DNA of 63,695 nt, counting the filler, from Octopus bimaculoides (Eukaryota), in the NCBI RefSeq assembly GCF_001194135.2. It is 8 parts of 7 records of this genome, joined end to end, with 100 filler letters (N's around TTAATTAATTAA, not from the genome) between each part and the next. Parts side by side here need not be neighbours in the genome. Positions count along the whole stretch, not along the records: positions 46,390 to 51,938 come from NC_068981.1; positions 52,039 to 58,025 come from NC_068985.1; positions 58,126 to 62,537 come from NC_069005.1; 5 more parts are not named here. One strand, given 5' to 3'. Both the position numbers and the translations under genes were made by a program. The notes under the pieces are model-generated. The model was given only the letters and a program-made list of their open reading frames with translations. It searched no databases and was not told where the DNA came from. Shown piece by piece: positions 49,302-60,877 of this stretch (position 1 is the first letter of the stretch; the number at the start of each line of letters is the position of its first letter).

Positions 49302-49880
49302 GTGGAGGATCACTTGTATTTCACCGTTTTATGCTGGATCACCAAGCGAATTGTGTTAAGTGCAAACGTATCTGTGGAATACTCTGCCACTTACATGTTA
49401 ATTCAGGGCCGGGTAATTCAGTTGATCGAACAGCTTAGCTGGTCATCGCTGAAACCGACCGAGACCCTTCCCTCGTCCACCCCAATTTTACTTGGATATG
49501 TTGAGGACCGTTTATCGAGCTAAACATTCAATTCACCGACATGTGATCACAGTTCAATTCCTACCCACGCTAATATATTTCACCGTCCACATCTCTCTAA
49601 AATAAATGAGAAATGCTGAGGGTCAATTTAATTGACTAATCCCCTGAAATTACTGGTCACGAGTCCGTTTTATTAATCATCATCATCATCATCAACAACA
49701 GACAGAATGGCTGGCATGCCGGATAAAATGCTCAACGCCATTTCGTCAGTTGTTACATTCTGAGTTCAAACTTCAGTGTCGATAAAATAAGTACCAGTTG
49801 AGTACTGGGGGTCGATGTAATTGATTTAACTCCTTCCCCAAAATTGTTGGCCTTGTGCTAAAATTCGAAATCGTTATTAT
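48770..49880 (+). mobile_element. Cluster of family B SINEs (48770-48975, 49070-49215, 49705-49880) plus a family F fragment (49365-49480)
   Basis: B-box gagttcaaa and gataaa.taagtaccag...ggggtcgat motifs. Confidence 0.75.
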
Positions 49881-50814
49881 TATAGTCATAAAACACAGCG
49901 AATGATATGGCAACATTCGGTTGAGCGCCTGTGGTCAATACTTGTGTCAGGACGCTGATTTGTATTTAGTCATCTCATTTATTCTGAGTTAGACTCAGAT
50001 ATGATCGAGAAAGGCGTTACTGCCTCTCAGAAGAATACGGTAGATGTTGGGATCCACATCCACATCCATCCTCAGTGCGCACGGAGCACTGAAAGGTATC
50101 GGTTGGGTTTGGCATCCATAATCTCATCCCACAAGAAACTTTGAGAGATGCTAGTATCAGTTGGTTAAACGGAATACAGTATTTCAGATACGAGGATCAA
50201 CTCCACAGAATTTGAACACAAAATTCAAAGAAATGGAACAAATATAGCAACAATTTTTGTTTCGACGCACTTAAAAATTCTGCCATTTTACTGTCTCCCG
50301 CAAAAACATGAACACCGATCGAATAAGAGCCGGATTAAATTCTGGGATCAAATAATAGCGGAGAACCTAAAATGGGATCAAATATTAAGCTTAACAACTG
50401 GGATCAACTTTAATCAATTCTGCCCACCACAACCACACTCCATCAATCAATAAATGGCCGTATATCTATGGCAGAATCTTAATATTTTATGATGGTATTG
50501 ATTATGTTTGGTTGAGATTCGATCCGAGCTGTTAATCACTTAACGACTGGTGACTGTGTGTGTCATTATGGTTCTTGTGTTGTTGGTGTTTTTAGGACTA
50601 CAGCACTGCAATATGCCTGCCTATAGATAGGCAATATGCCTATCTATCTATATCTATCTATCTATCGATAGATAGATAGATAGATAGATACATACATACA
50701 TACATAAGTCTTGTAAAGGTTTAATAATCATTTACCACACCGTTAAAAGGAAATGTTTTTAATAAATTGATAGATAGATAAATAAATGCATACATACATA
50801 CATATGTATGTATG

Positions 50815-50861
<47 letters not shown>

Positions 50862-50864
<3 letters not shown>

Positions 50865-51215
50865 CGCAGGAGTAGCTGTGTGATAAGTAGCTTGCTTACC
50901 AACTACATGGTTCCGGGTTCAGTCTCACTGCGTGGCACCTTGGGCAAGTTTCATCTACTATAGCCTTGGGCTGACAAAAAGCCTTGTGAACAGATTTGGT
51001 AGACGGAAACTGAAAGAAGCCCGTCGTATATATGTATGTGTATGTGTGTGTGTGTCTGTCCCCCAACATCGCTTGACAACCGATACTGGTTCAGCGAAAC
51101 AGACCGATAGAATAAGTACAAAGGCTTACAAAGAATAATTCCGTGGGTCGATTTGCTCGACTAAAGGCGGTGCTCCAGCAAGGCCGCAGGCAAATGACTG
51201 AAACAAGTAAAAGAG
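50862..51215 (+). mobile_element. Family A SINE
   Basis: ggcgcaggagtagctgtgtgataag...ccgggttcagtc...gaagcccgtcg...gactaaaggcggtgctccagca...gactgaaacaagtaaaagag. Confidence 0.9.
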
Positions 51216-51549
51216 TATATATACGCACTCCCATGCACATATACGTAGATAAATATCTGTGTAGAATTGTGTGTGTAGATGTATGACAGAGTGGAAGGTA
51301 AGATTTCTTTTCACCTTTCCAAATTCCTTAAACGCGACACCATTCATAACAATAGCACCAACAATACTATATATAATATTAGAATTAATCAATAACTGAT
51401 AAAATCGAAATCAATACAAATCAATTCCACCACTCAAGGATCACGTTTTCAGTTTTATATTGTTGTTCTTGTAGCTTCTGTTGGGTGTATACATACTTAT
51501 ATACCGATGTAGTTTCGTCAGTACGTCTGAATGTATGTATATATGTATA

Positions 51550-51760
51550 TATTCTTTTGTTTCAGTCATTTTGACTGCGGCCATGCTGGAGCACTGACTT
51601 TAGTCGAAAGAATCGACTCCAGGTCGTATTCTTTGTAAGCCTAGTACTTATTCTGTCGGTTCTCTGTTGTCGAACCACTATGTGACGGGTACGTAAACGC
51701 ACCAACATCGGGTGTCATGCGATTGTGTGGGGACAAACACAGACACAAATTCATACATAC
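51550..51760 (-). mobile_element. Family A SINE 3' half (another at 53535-53671)
   Basis: ttgtttcagtcattt.gactgcggccatgctgg...ctttgtaagcctagtacttattct. Confidence 0.85.
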
Positions 51761-51778
51761 ATACATGCATATATATAT

Positions 51779-51809
<31 letters not shown>

Positions 51810-51901
51810 GAGAGAGTGAGAGAGAGAGTGAGAGAGAGAGTGAGAGAGAGAGTGAGAGAGAGAACGAGAGGGAGTCAAAGAGAGAGATAGAGAGAGAGAC
51901 A

Positions 51902-51938
<37 letters not shown>

Positions 51939-52038
51939 NNNNNNNNNNNNNNNNNNNNNNNNNNNNNNNNNNNNNNNNNNNNTTAATTAATTAANNNNNN
52001 NNNNNNNNNNNNNNNNNNNNNNNNNNNNNNNNNNNNNN

Positions 52039-52277
52039 GCTCATGGGAACTGCCCATATCCTACGTAAAATACTGTCTATGTGATCTCAAATTTTAAAGC
52101 AAACACATAATTTTCTTATGGTTTCTTAAACATTCACTTGAACAAAACCGTACAAATACAAATATATGGTACCCTAGGCATAACACCTACATGAACTTCT
52201 AACTTGTTGTCTCTTGAGGTCTCTGGGTGAGACTTGGATCCAACTTGTACAAATGCAAAACAAAAGTAAAACATAAA
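52039..52277 (+). mobile_element. R4/Dong-clade element 3' end (ORF stop plus about 190-bp 3' UTR) ending in (TAA)n
   Basis: LMGTAHILRKILSM* then the UTR, joined directly to (TAA)n at 52278-52363. Confidence 0.85.
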
Positions 52278-52300
52278 ATAATAATAATAATAATAATAAC

Positions 52301-52368
<68 letters not shown>

Positions 52369-52372
52369 CAAC

Positions 52373-52761
52373 AGAAAGATAGATGCGAATAGGCCATACA
52401 TTATATTGAAAGACTTTAGACAAAGATCATGCCTCCTCATTGATATGATTGTCCCAATTGACATAAATGTATCTGTAAAGACCTACCAAAAACTGAGCAA
52501 GTATAGAGATCTTGAAATAGAAATTGGCATGATGTAGAACCTGAAGATTAGAACAATACCTATTGTCATAGGTGCACTAGGAATGATAGCAAAAGGAGCT
52601 GATTGCTACATAGCTCAGATACCAGGAAACCTCAAAATGGCAGAAATTCAAAAGATAGTGCTCATGGGAACTGCCCATATTCTACGTAAAATACTGTCTA
52701 AATAATCTCAAATTTTAAAACAAACACATAATTTTCTTATGTTTTCTTAAGCATTCTCTAG
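52373..52761 (+). mobile_element. R4/Dong-clade restriction-like endonuclease domain (5'-truncated copy)
   Basis: RKIDANRPYIILKDFRQRSCLLIDMIVPIDINVSVKTYQKLSKYRDLEIEIGMM*NLKIRTIPIVIGALGMIAKG...QKIVLMGTAHILRKILSK*. This is the NRPD..D....ID..VP.D....K..KY.DL RLE signature, with the catalytic D changed to Y and one stop. Confidence 0.9.
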
Positions 52762-53483
52762 NNNNNNNNNNNNNNNNNNNNNNNNNNNNNNNNNNNNNNN
52801 NNNNNNNNNNNNNNNNNNNNNNNNNNNNNNNNNNNNNNNNNNNNNNNNNNNNNNNNNNNNNCCTGTACGTATATATGCATATACTCATTTACTTTTGTTA
52901 TATATATATATGTATATATGTACACACACACACACAAACACACATATGTGAGGGAGAGAGAGAGAGTGAAAGAGTGAAAGAGACACATAAAGGGACAGAA
53001 TGATCAATATGTACATATAGAAGGGAAGACAAGAGAGACAGAGAAAGAGCGGGAGAGAGAGAAAGCAAGAGAGAGGGAGATGCTGAGAAAGACGGTGAGA
53101 AAGAGAGAGAGACGTTGGGAAGGAGAAGGAGTCGGTCGAACATGGTAGAACGAAATTTAGTGTAGCTTTGACGTTTTATTGATTAAGCTGGTTTGTGTTA
53201 TTTCTTTTTGTGTTTCTAATTCTATTAAAATGAATTTGATTACTTGTAATTTATTCAAATGGATTTTACTGTGCAACTCATATCGGTTCGTAATTAATTG
53301 TCTTTGCCTTGGATGTGTTAGAACTTTTAGTTTTGATGGCATTTAGTTAAAACTGGACGAAGTATTAGGAAACGGAGAAACGAGTAAAGCGGTGAAAGAG
53401 AGGACTTTGGGATAGTTGGATAGACCTACACAGGAAGTGCATATACATACATACATACATACATACATACATACATACATACA

Positions 53484-53537
<54 letters not shown>

Positions 53538-54451
53538 CTCTTTTACTCTTTTACTTGTTACAGTCATTTGACTGCGGCCATGCTGGGGCACCGCCTTTAG
53601 TCGAGCAACTCGACCCCAGGACTCATTCTTTGTAAGCCTAGTACTTATTCTATCGGTCTCTTGCCCAAAATNNNNNNNNNNNNNNNNNNNNNNNNNNNNN
53701 NNNNNNNNNNNNNNNNNNNNNNNNNNNNNNNNNNNNNNNNNNNNNNNNNNNNNNNNNNNNNNNNNNNNNNNNNNNNNNNNNNNNNNNNNNNNNNNNNNNN
53801 NNNNNNNNNNNNNNNNNNNNNNNNNNNNNNNNNNNNNNNNNNNNNNNNNNNNNNNNNNNNNNNNNNNNNNNNNNNNNNNNNNNNNNNNNNNNNNNNNNNN
53901 NNNNNNNNNNNNNNNNNNNNNNNNNNNNNNNNNNNNNNNNNNNNNNNNNNNNNNNNNNNNNNNNNNNNNNNNNNNNNNNNNNNNNNNNNNNNNNNNNNNN
54001 NNNNNNNNNNNNNNNNNNNNNNNNNNNNNNNNNNNNNNNNNNNNNNNNNNNNNNNNNNNNNNNNNNNNNNNNNNNNNNNNNNNNNNNNNNNNNNNNNNNN
54101 NNNNNNNNNNNNNNNNNNNNNNNNNNNNNNNNNNNNNNNNNNNNNNNNNNNNNNNNNNNNNNNNNNNNNNNNNNNNNNNNNNNNNNNNNNNNNNNNNNNN
54201 NNNNNNNNNNNNNNNNNNNNNNNNNNNNNNNNNNNNNNNNNNNNNNNNNNNNNNNNNNNNNNNNNNNNNNNNNNNNNNNNNNNNNNNNNNNNNNNNNNNN
54301 NNNNNNNNNNNNNNNNNNNNNNNNNNNNNNNNNNNNNNNNNNNNNNNNNNNNNNNNNNNNNNNNNNNNNNNNNNNNNNNNNNNNNNNNNNNNNNNNNNNN
54401 NNNNNNNNNNNNNNNNNNNNNNNNNNNNNNNNNNNNNNNNACATACATACA

Positions 54452-54487
<36 letters not shown>

Positions 54488-54500
54488 CATACATACATAC

Positions 54501-54547
<47 letters not shown>

Positions 54548-54550
54548 TAC

Positions 54551-54745
54551 AGGCACTCCGTCAGTTACGAGGACGAGGGCTCCAGTTGAACCGACCAACG
54601 GAACAGCTTGCTCGTAGAATTAACATGCACGTGGCTGAGCACTCCATAGACCCGCGTATCCTTAACGTAGTTCTCTAGGAGATTCAGCATGACGCAAAGT
54701 ATGTCAAGGTTGGCTCTTTTGGAAATAAAGATAGGACCCACATCC
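54551..54745 (-). mobile_element. SINE family F 3' portion
   Basis: Homologous to 33855-34020. Confidence 0.7.
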
Positions 54746-55084
54746 GACAGCTGACTAAACTGGAACAACATGATTTAAAGTAACTTGCTCATGACACAAC
54801 GCGCCGTCGAGTATCGAACTCACGTTCTTACGATCACGACCCGAATTGCGTTCATTACGCACATATTCCTACACACACAATGTCAGACGAGAAAAAACAT
54901 ACACATTCTCACACATACATATATAGAAAGTGTAAAAGAAAAACCACTCATAGCTGTTTTTTGTCGCACCCAAGCGCTGGTGAAGTAACGCATGCGCTGT
55001 CAGTGTCTTCATATAAGTAATATTTCTCTTTTTCTCTTTCTTTTTCTTTTAGTTACCATCATCAATACAATTACAGATAGAAAG

Positions 55085-55430
55085 AAGCGACCTTCCCGCG
55101 AAGGGTCTTTGGACTAACGTTACTCGATCGAGTACTTCACTTGGAGGTCAAAGAGTCACTGCATGTAGAACCGCTACATTTCTGAATTGAGAGGTCACAA
55201 CTCGGATACTGTGGGCATGTGGTAAGAATATCTGAGGAAAGTATCGCTGCAGAGGTTCCACGGGCAAAACCAATTGGTAAGAAGCCCAGGGGTATGATTG
55301 TGAGTGAGACGGTTGGGTAATAGCCATTAGCTCGGATGGTCTTGCTTGCGGAAAGATCAGGATCCGATGGACGGCGTGCTTGAGGACTCTGCCCCCATGA
55401 CCGTCCCTGGAATAAGTGAGAAAAGAAGAT
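55085..55430 (+). mobile_element. RTE-clade (Expander/Rex3-like) LINE RT C-terminal fragment
   Basis: FPRRVFGLTLLDRVLHLEVKESLHVEPLHF*IERSQLGYCGHVVRISEESIAAEVPRAKPIGKKPRG, cf. FLRR..G.TL.DRV....IRE.L.VEPLLL.IERSQLRW.GHV.RM. Confidence 0.85.
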
Positions 55431-55549
55431 GAGATGCCACTGTCATTGTTTGGAATGGTGCACCTGGTGTGTTTGTTGGTGAAACATTTATAAAGAATGG
55501 TGAATGTGGAAGGTGTTCCTGTTATACACTGAATAGCCAGGAACGGCAA

Positions 55550-56270
55550 GAAAATGGAGATGGATAGCAGAGAGCGTGTGTGTGTGAGAGAGAGGAGAGA
55601 GAGACGGAGACAGATAGAGCGATGGAGAAAGAGAGTGTGTGGGACAGATAGAGCTATGGAGAAAGAGAGAGAGAGACAAAAAAGAATTAGGAAGGGTTAG
55701 AGGTAAAATTTGATAATGAGAAATGAATAAAGGAGAGATGGTAAAAAAGCGATAATGAAAAATGTAAGAGAAGCAGAGAAAAGAGAGAGAGAAGGAGAGA
55801 GAGAAGGAGAGAGAGAAGGAGCGAGAAGGAGAGAGAGATAAACAGTGAGTTAAAGGATGTGAAGTAGTAAAAGACTTGAGTAGAGAATGAGAAATAAAAT
55901 AGAAGAAAGTAAATGAAAGAGAAATAAAAGAGAGATGTTAGGAAAATGGTCAATAAGAAAGAATTGATGAATGAGTGATGCAGAGGGATTGTAAGGAAGA
56001 GAATAAAGAGAGGAGGAGGAGGAGAAGAGAGAGAGAGAGGGGGAGGAGGGAAAAACAAAGGGAAAGAAAACAAAGAGAAATGAAAGAGAGGAGGTAAAAC
56101 TAGGGTGGAAGGAGAGATTGTGGTTAAAGTGGGGAAAGAATGAGTGAGAGAGAAAGAGAGAGAGAGAGAGAGAATGAGAGAATAGAAAAGGGAGAGAAAG
56201 AGAGAGAAAATAAGGGAGAAGACATAAGAGAAAGAGAGTGAAAGGAGGATGATGGTGGTGGGGTAGAAGG
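55550..56270. repeat. Long polypurine (GA-rich) low-complexity tract
   Basis: Direct inspection. Confidence 0.85.
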
Positions 56271-56391
56271 GTTTTAAAGTGATCTTGATTTGTTTAACAA
56301 ACACGTCAGACTGTTGAATTTTATTCGAAATAAGAGGCAAATCATTTGAATTCCACTTGAACAGATATTGGGGAATTAATTTAATATTATC

Positions 56392-56435
<44 letters not shown>

Positions 56436-57011
56436 TACACTCAAAGACACACCAGTAAAATGTACATCACCACGTTATTCCATTTGACGTCAAACACGAA
56501 GCACGCAATTAAAAGTGATCAAGAATTAAACAAACGAAGAAAAGAATAAGAAAATAAAATAAAAACAGAATTAAAAACAACATACAAAATTAGAAAATCA
56601 TTGTAATTAGCAGCTTAGAAGTCTACTTTACAAATCGATACATATTTGAAGTTGAATTTAGCTCGAGTCAAGTCGTAGATTGTTTTCCATATATTCAATT
56701 CTAATTCAGTTAACGATGGTCTTATATATTTTTGTTTGTTTAAAAATCAATTATACTTGTGAAAACTGTTTATATATTTATACATTAATACATTTAAAAC
56801 ACACACGGGCATATATACATACATACATACATAATTGATACATAAATATATACATACACATATATATATATATATGTTCATNNNNNNNNNNNNNNNNNNN
56901 NNNNNNNNNNNNNNNNNNNNNNNNNNNNNNNNNNNNNNNNNNNNNNNNNNNNNNNNNNNNNNNNNNNNNNNNNNNNNNNNNNNNNNNNNNNNNNNNNNNN
57001 NNNNNNNNNNN

Positions 57012-57044
<33 letters not shown>

Positions 57045-57734
57045 CACACGTCAACATTGTTTTGTTTAATAGACAGCCTTTGATTTTGATTTAGCAAAGT
57101 TTGAAATTATTATTCCATTAATTTGAAATGCTACAGAGATTGCAGAGATGGATAGTATGATCTGTGTTCCAGCGTGTATCACTTTCTTTGGAGCACATCA
57201 ACCTGTGATCGATGAGAAAATACAAATGAAAAAAAGAAAAAAAAGAAAGAAAAAGGTAAACCGATATTCTATATGGTAGCTTGTACACCATTCACATCGA
57301 CAGAAAGCTTTCTAACAATATAATTCTCATCGATTCCCATGGTTGGTGCTGTATTCTTAATAAGACCATATAATGTTCAAAGGATTCGAAGACTGAATTT
57401 TAATTCCTTACTTTGAAGAAAGGATTCACGAATAATACTACAGAGTTATATGGGGGCTGCTTTATTTGATTTCGTGAGACAAAAGAGATTTTAAAGTTAT
57501 TTAAATTAAATCTGTAATGAAGAGTAAAACATTGGCGTTAATGGCAATTCTTGTGAAGAAAGTCAAGGGAGACAACTTTGATATCCAAATTGATAAGAAG
57601 TAAATGTGAACATGTAAAGGAGAGTGAATCTCTATTATACAGCTGATGAGTTGAAGTTCAGTGTACGATCAGACATGATTCGACATTGGCTGTAGTAACT
57701 TTACAAGGTATATAGACAGCGTTACCCGGGGATG

Positions 57735-57850
57735 GCTGTGTGGCATGGTACCTTGCATGGTACCTTGGGCAAGCATCTTCTACTATAGCCTCAGGCTGCC
57801 GACCAAAGCCTTGTGAGTGGATTTGGTAGACTGAAGCTGAAAGAAATCCT
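57735..57850 (+). mobile_element. Family A SINE 5' fragment with an 11-bp internal duplication
   Basis: tggctgtgtg gcatggtacctt gcatggtacctt gggcaag...gaccaaagccttgtgagtggatttggtagac. Confidence 0.8.
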
Positions 57851-57876
57851 TTAATCTTGAATTTTCCCCTGTCTCC

Positions 57877-57913
57877 TGTTTCTGAAGAAGAGCTTTGCTC
57901 GAAACGTAAAACA
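57877..57913 (+). ncRNA. Intact minimal type I hammerhead ribozyme motif (Penelope-like-element type)
   Basis: UGUUU(57877-81) CUGAAGA(82-88) A GAGC-UUU-GCUC(90-900) GAAA C GUA / AAACA(909-913). Perfect 5-bp stem I, 4-bp stem II, palindromic ACGU in place of a stem III hairpin. Confidence 0.75.
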
Positions 57914-58289
57914 CTCTTTCTTCCATACCCTGAGCGTCTGCTAATATTTTACATGTACCACGTCCTCACGTTGTTGTTTTTTCTTGTGTTTTGTCTTCGT
58001 TTTTTTTTGTGGGAGGATTAACTATNNNNNNNNNNNNNNNNNNNNNNNNNNNNNNNNNNNNNNNNNNNNTTAATTAATTAANNNNNNNNNNNNNNNNNNN
58101 NNNNNNNNNNNNNNNNNNNNNNNNNGGGAGAGGAGGAGGGGGAGGCTGATGATGATGGTGAGGAGGAGGAGGAGGAGGAGGGAGAGGAGGACGACGACGA
58201 CGATGATGATGGTGACGATGATGATGGTGACGATGATGATGATGATGATGATGATGATTACGACGACGACGACAACAACAATAATAATA

Positions 58290-58663
58290 ATGTCCCGATA
58301 CAATACCACGCTTCTGATCTTAACTGATTGGAAGTGTTATGTACGTCTTTTTTTTTTTTTGTCTTGGTATAAAAAGATGGGCTACAGCAAATATTCTGCT
58401 CAATACCACAGATTTGCTTGTTAGTTGTTTGACTTTAACCAGTTGAGCATGTCCCTTGGTGCCTGACGATATGTGCATCTCTGATCAGGAGCAGTAGTTG
58501 GGGAATATCACAGCCATATGTTGAGAGGAATTCTTAGCGATTTGAATAATTTACCTCAGGAAACACAGGTGTTTCGTTCATCATCTTTAAGCAAGCATTA
58601 TTCAGTCACCTTTTGAGCGGGATGGGCTACTCGACCTGAAGAAAATTCTAACTGGGCCCCCAC
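58290..58663. mobile_element. Probable interspersed repeat (family unassigned)
   Basis: Complex block between SSRs that resembles recalled octopus repeats. Single copy in this window, so not verifiable here. Confidence 0.3.
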
Positions 58664-58735
58664 TTGTCTCTTCAGGTCTCTGGGTGAGACTTGGAACCAA
58701 CTTGTACACATGCAAAGCAAAAGTCAAACACGAAA
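58664..58735 (+). mobile_element. R4/Dong extreme 3' end (72 bp) followed by (TAA)n then (TAG)n
   Basis: ttgtctcttcaggtctctgggtgagacttggaaccaacttgtacacatgcaaagcaaaagtcaaacacgaaataataa aligns with about 52207-52280. Confidence 0.85.
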
Positions 58736-58756
58736 TAATAATAATAATAATAATAA

Positions 58757-58812
<56 letters not shown>

Positions 58813-59396
58813 ATATGGTGAAGTTAGGTTAAGTAGAAATTTAAATTGAACTTATGTGCTTACATTTTGTTTAGTAAACACGAAATTTTGCCTCACTGAC
58901 TGAAGTAATTTTTCACAGTGAGGCTGAANNNNNNNNNNNNNNNNNNNNNNNNNNNNNNNNNNNNNNNNNNNNNNNNNNNNNNNNNNNNNNNNNNNNNNNN
59001 NNNNNNNNNNNNNNNNNNNNNNNNNNNNNNNNNNNNNNNNNNNNNNNNNNNNNNNNNNNNNNNNNNNNNNNNNNNNNNNNNNNNNNNNNNNNNNNNNNNN
59101 NNNNNNNNNNNNNNNNNNNNNNNNNNNNNNNNNNNNNNNNNNNNNNNNNNNNNNNNNNNNNNNNNNNNNNNNNNNNNNNNNNNNNNNNNNNNNNNNNNNN
59201 NNNNNNNNNNNNNNNNNNNNNNNNNNNNNNNNNNNNNNNNNNNNNNNNNNNNNNNNNNNNNNNNNNNNNNNNNNNNNNNNNNNNNNNNNNNNNNNNNNNN
59301 NNNNNNNNNNNNNNNNNNNNNNNNNNNNNNNNNNNNNNNNNNNNNNNNNNNNNNNNNNNNNNNNNNNNNNNNNNNNNNNNNNNNNNNNNNNNNNNN

Positions 59397-59434
<38 letters not shown>

Positions 59435-59780
59435 AGAATGAAAAATGGCGTACTCTTACATAAAGATTGCTCGTTCGTTTTTTTTTTTTTCGGAGATTTC
59501 GAAAAGGTTTAATTCTTTTATTTTAATTTATTTTATTTTTATTTCTCTGGTGGAGCGTTCGTCGTTTCGCTGTTGTTATGGTTTACTTTTGGGGGTAAAA
59601 TACAGAAATATATACAACAAAAACGGCAACAAAAGACAATACCAACAACAAAACAAAATGGCGTCCTGTTATCTAAAGATAGTTTGCTTTTTTTTTTTGC
59701 ATTATTAGAATATTTTTTGTGAGGTATATTAAGGAAAAGGGACATGTTAGGGTTTTTTTTATATTTTTGGTTTCTCACTT

Positions 59781-59811
<31 letters not shown>

Positions 59812-59965
59812 TTATATCTTTATGTATATATATGCGTGTGTATGTGTATATATATACATATATTATTGTGTGTGTTTCTATTTCGATGTTTTTCTTGATG
59901 TTGCTGCTATTCTCGTGGTATGTTTTATATCTTTCACTTATTTATTCATTCATTCATTTATTTAT

Positions 59966-59998
<33 letters not shown>

Positions 59999-60002
59999 GT
60001 CA

Positions 60003-60060
<58 letters not shown>

Positions 60061-60150
60061 CATTTTCCATTTCTTTTAAATATTTTTTTTCCAGTTTCCT
60101 TTTCGGAATGTTGTTTTCGATATTATTGATGATGTAGCTGTTTATTATTG

Positions 60151-60204
<54 letters not shown>

Positions 60205-60205
60205 C

Positions 60206-60246
<41 letters not shown>

Positions 60247-60354
60247 CAGTAGTGGTTCTTGTTATTTTTTAAGCCGTCTGTGTATGTGTGTGTGTGTATG
60301 TAAGAGAGACAGACAGACAGACAGATAACAGAGACAGACAGACAGACAGATAAC

Positions 60355-60393
<39 letters not shown>

Positions 60394-60676
60394 GGCAGAT
60401 TATGCTTTATATTTTGTTCATCTTTCTTCTAATGTTACGTTGTTTATATATTTTTTAATGTTTATATTAATTTGCTTTGTTATTTTATACTTATATTAAA
60501 TAATATATTCATTTTCATGTAATCAATTTGTGCTTTCTGTTTATAATATGTTAATGTTAAGTTTATGCTAATGTCATGTTAATATTATGTTAACACTATG
60601 TTAATGTTATCTTATTTGTTGATATAATATCTTGTTATTTCTTAACGTAATTTTCACATTTATGCTGTTCATATAA

Positions 60677-60837
60677 GCGTAGGAGTGGCTGTGTGGTAAG
60701 AAAATCGGTTCCAAACCAGATGGTTCCAGGTTCAGTCCCACTGCGTGGCACCTTGGGCATGTGTCTTCTACAATAGCCTCGGGTCGACCAAAGACTTGTG
60801 AGTGGATTTGGTAGACAGAAACTGAAAGAAGCCCGTC

Positions 60838-60877
<40 letters not shown>

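Noticed and set aside
50342-50410. tgggatcaa repeated three times at 26-30 bp spacing
   Set aside because: Too short and too few units to distinguish from local slippage.
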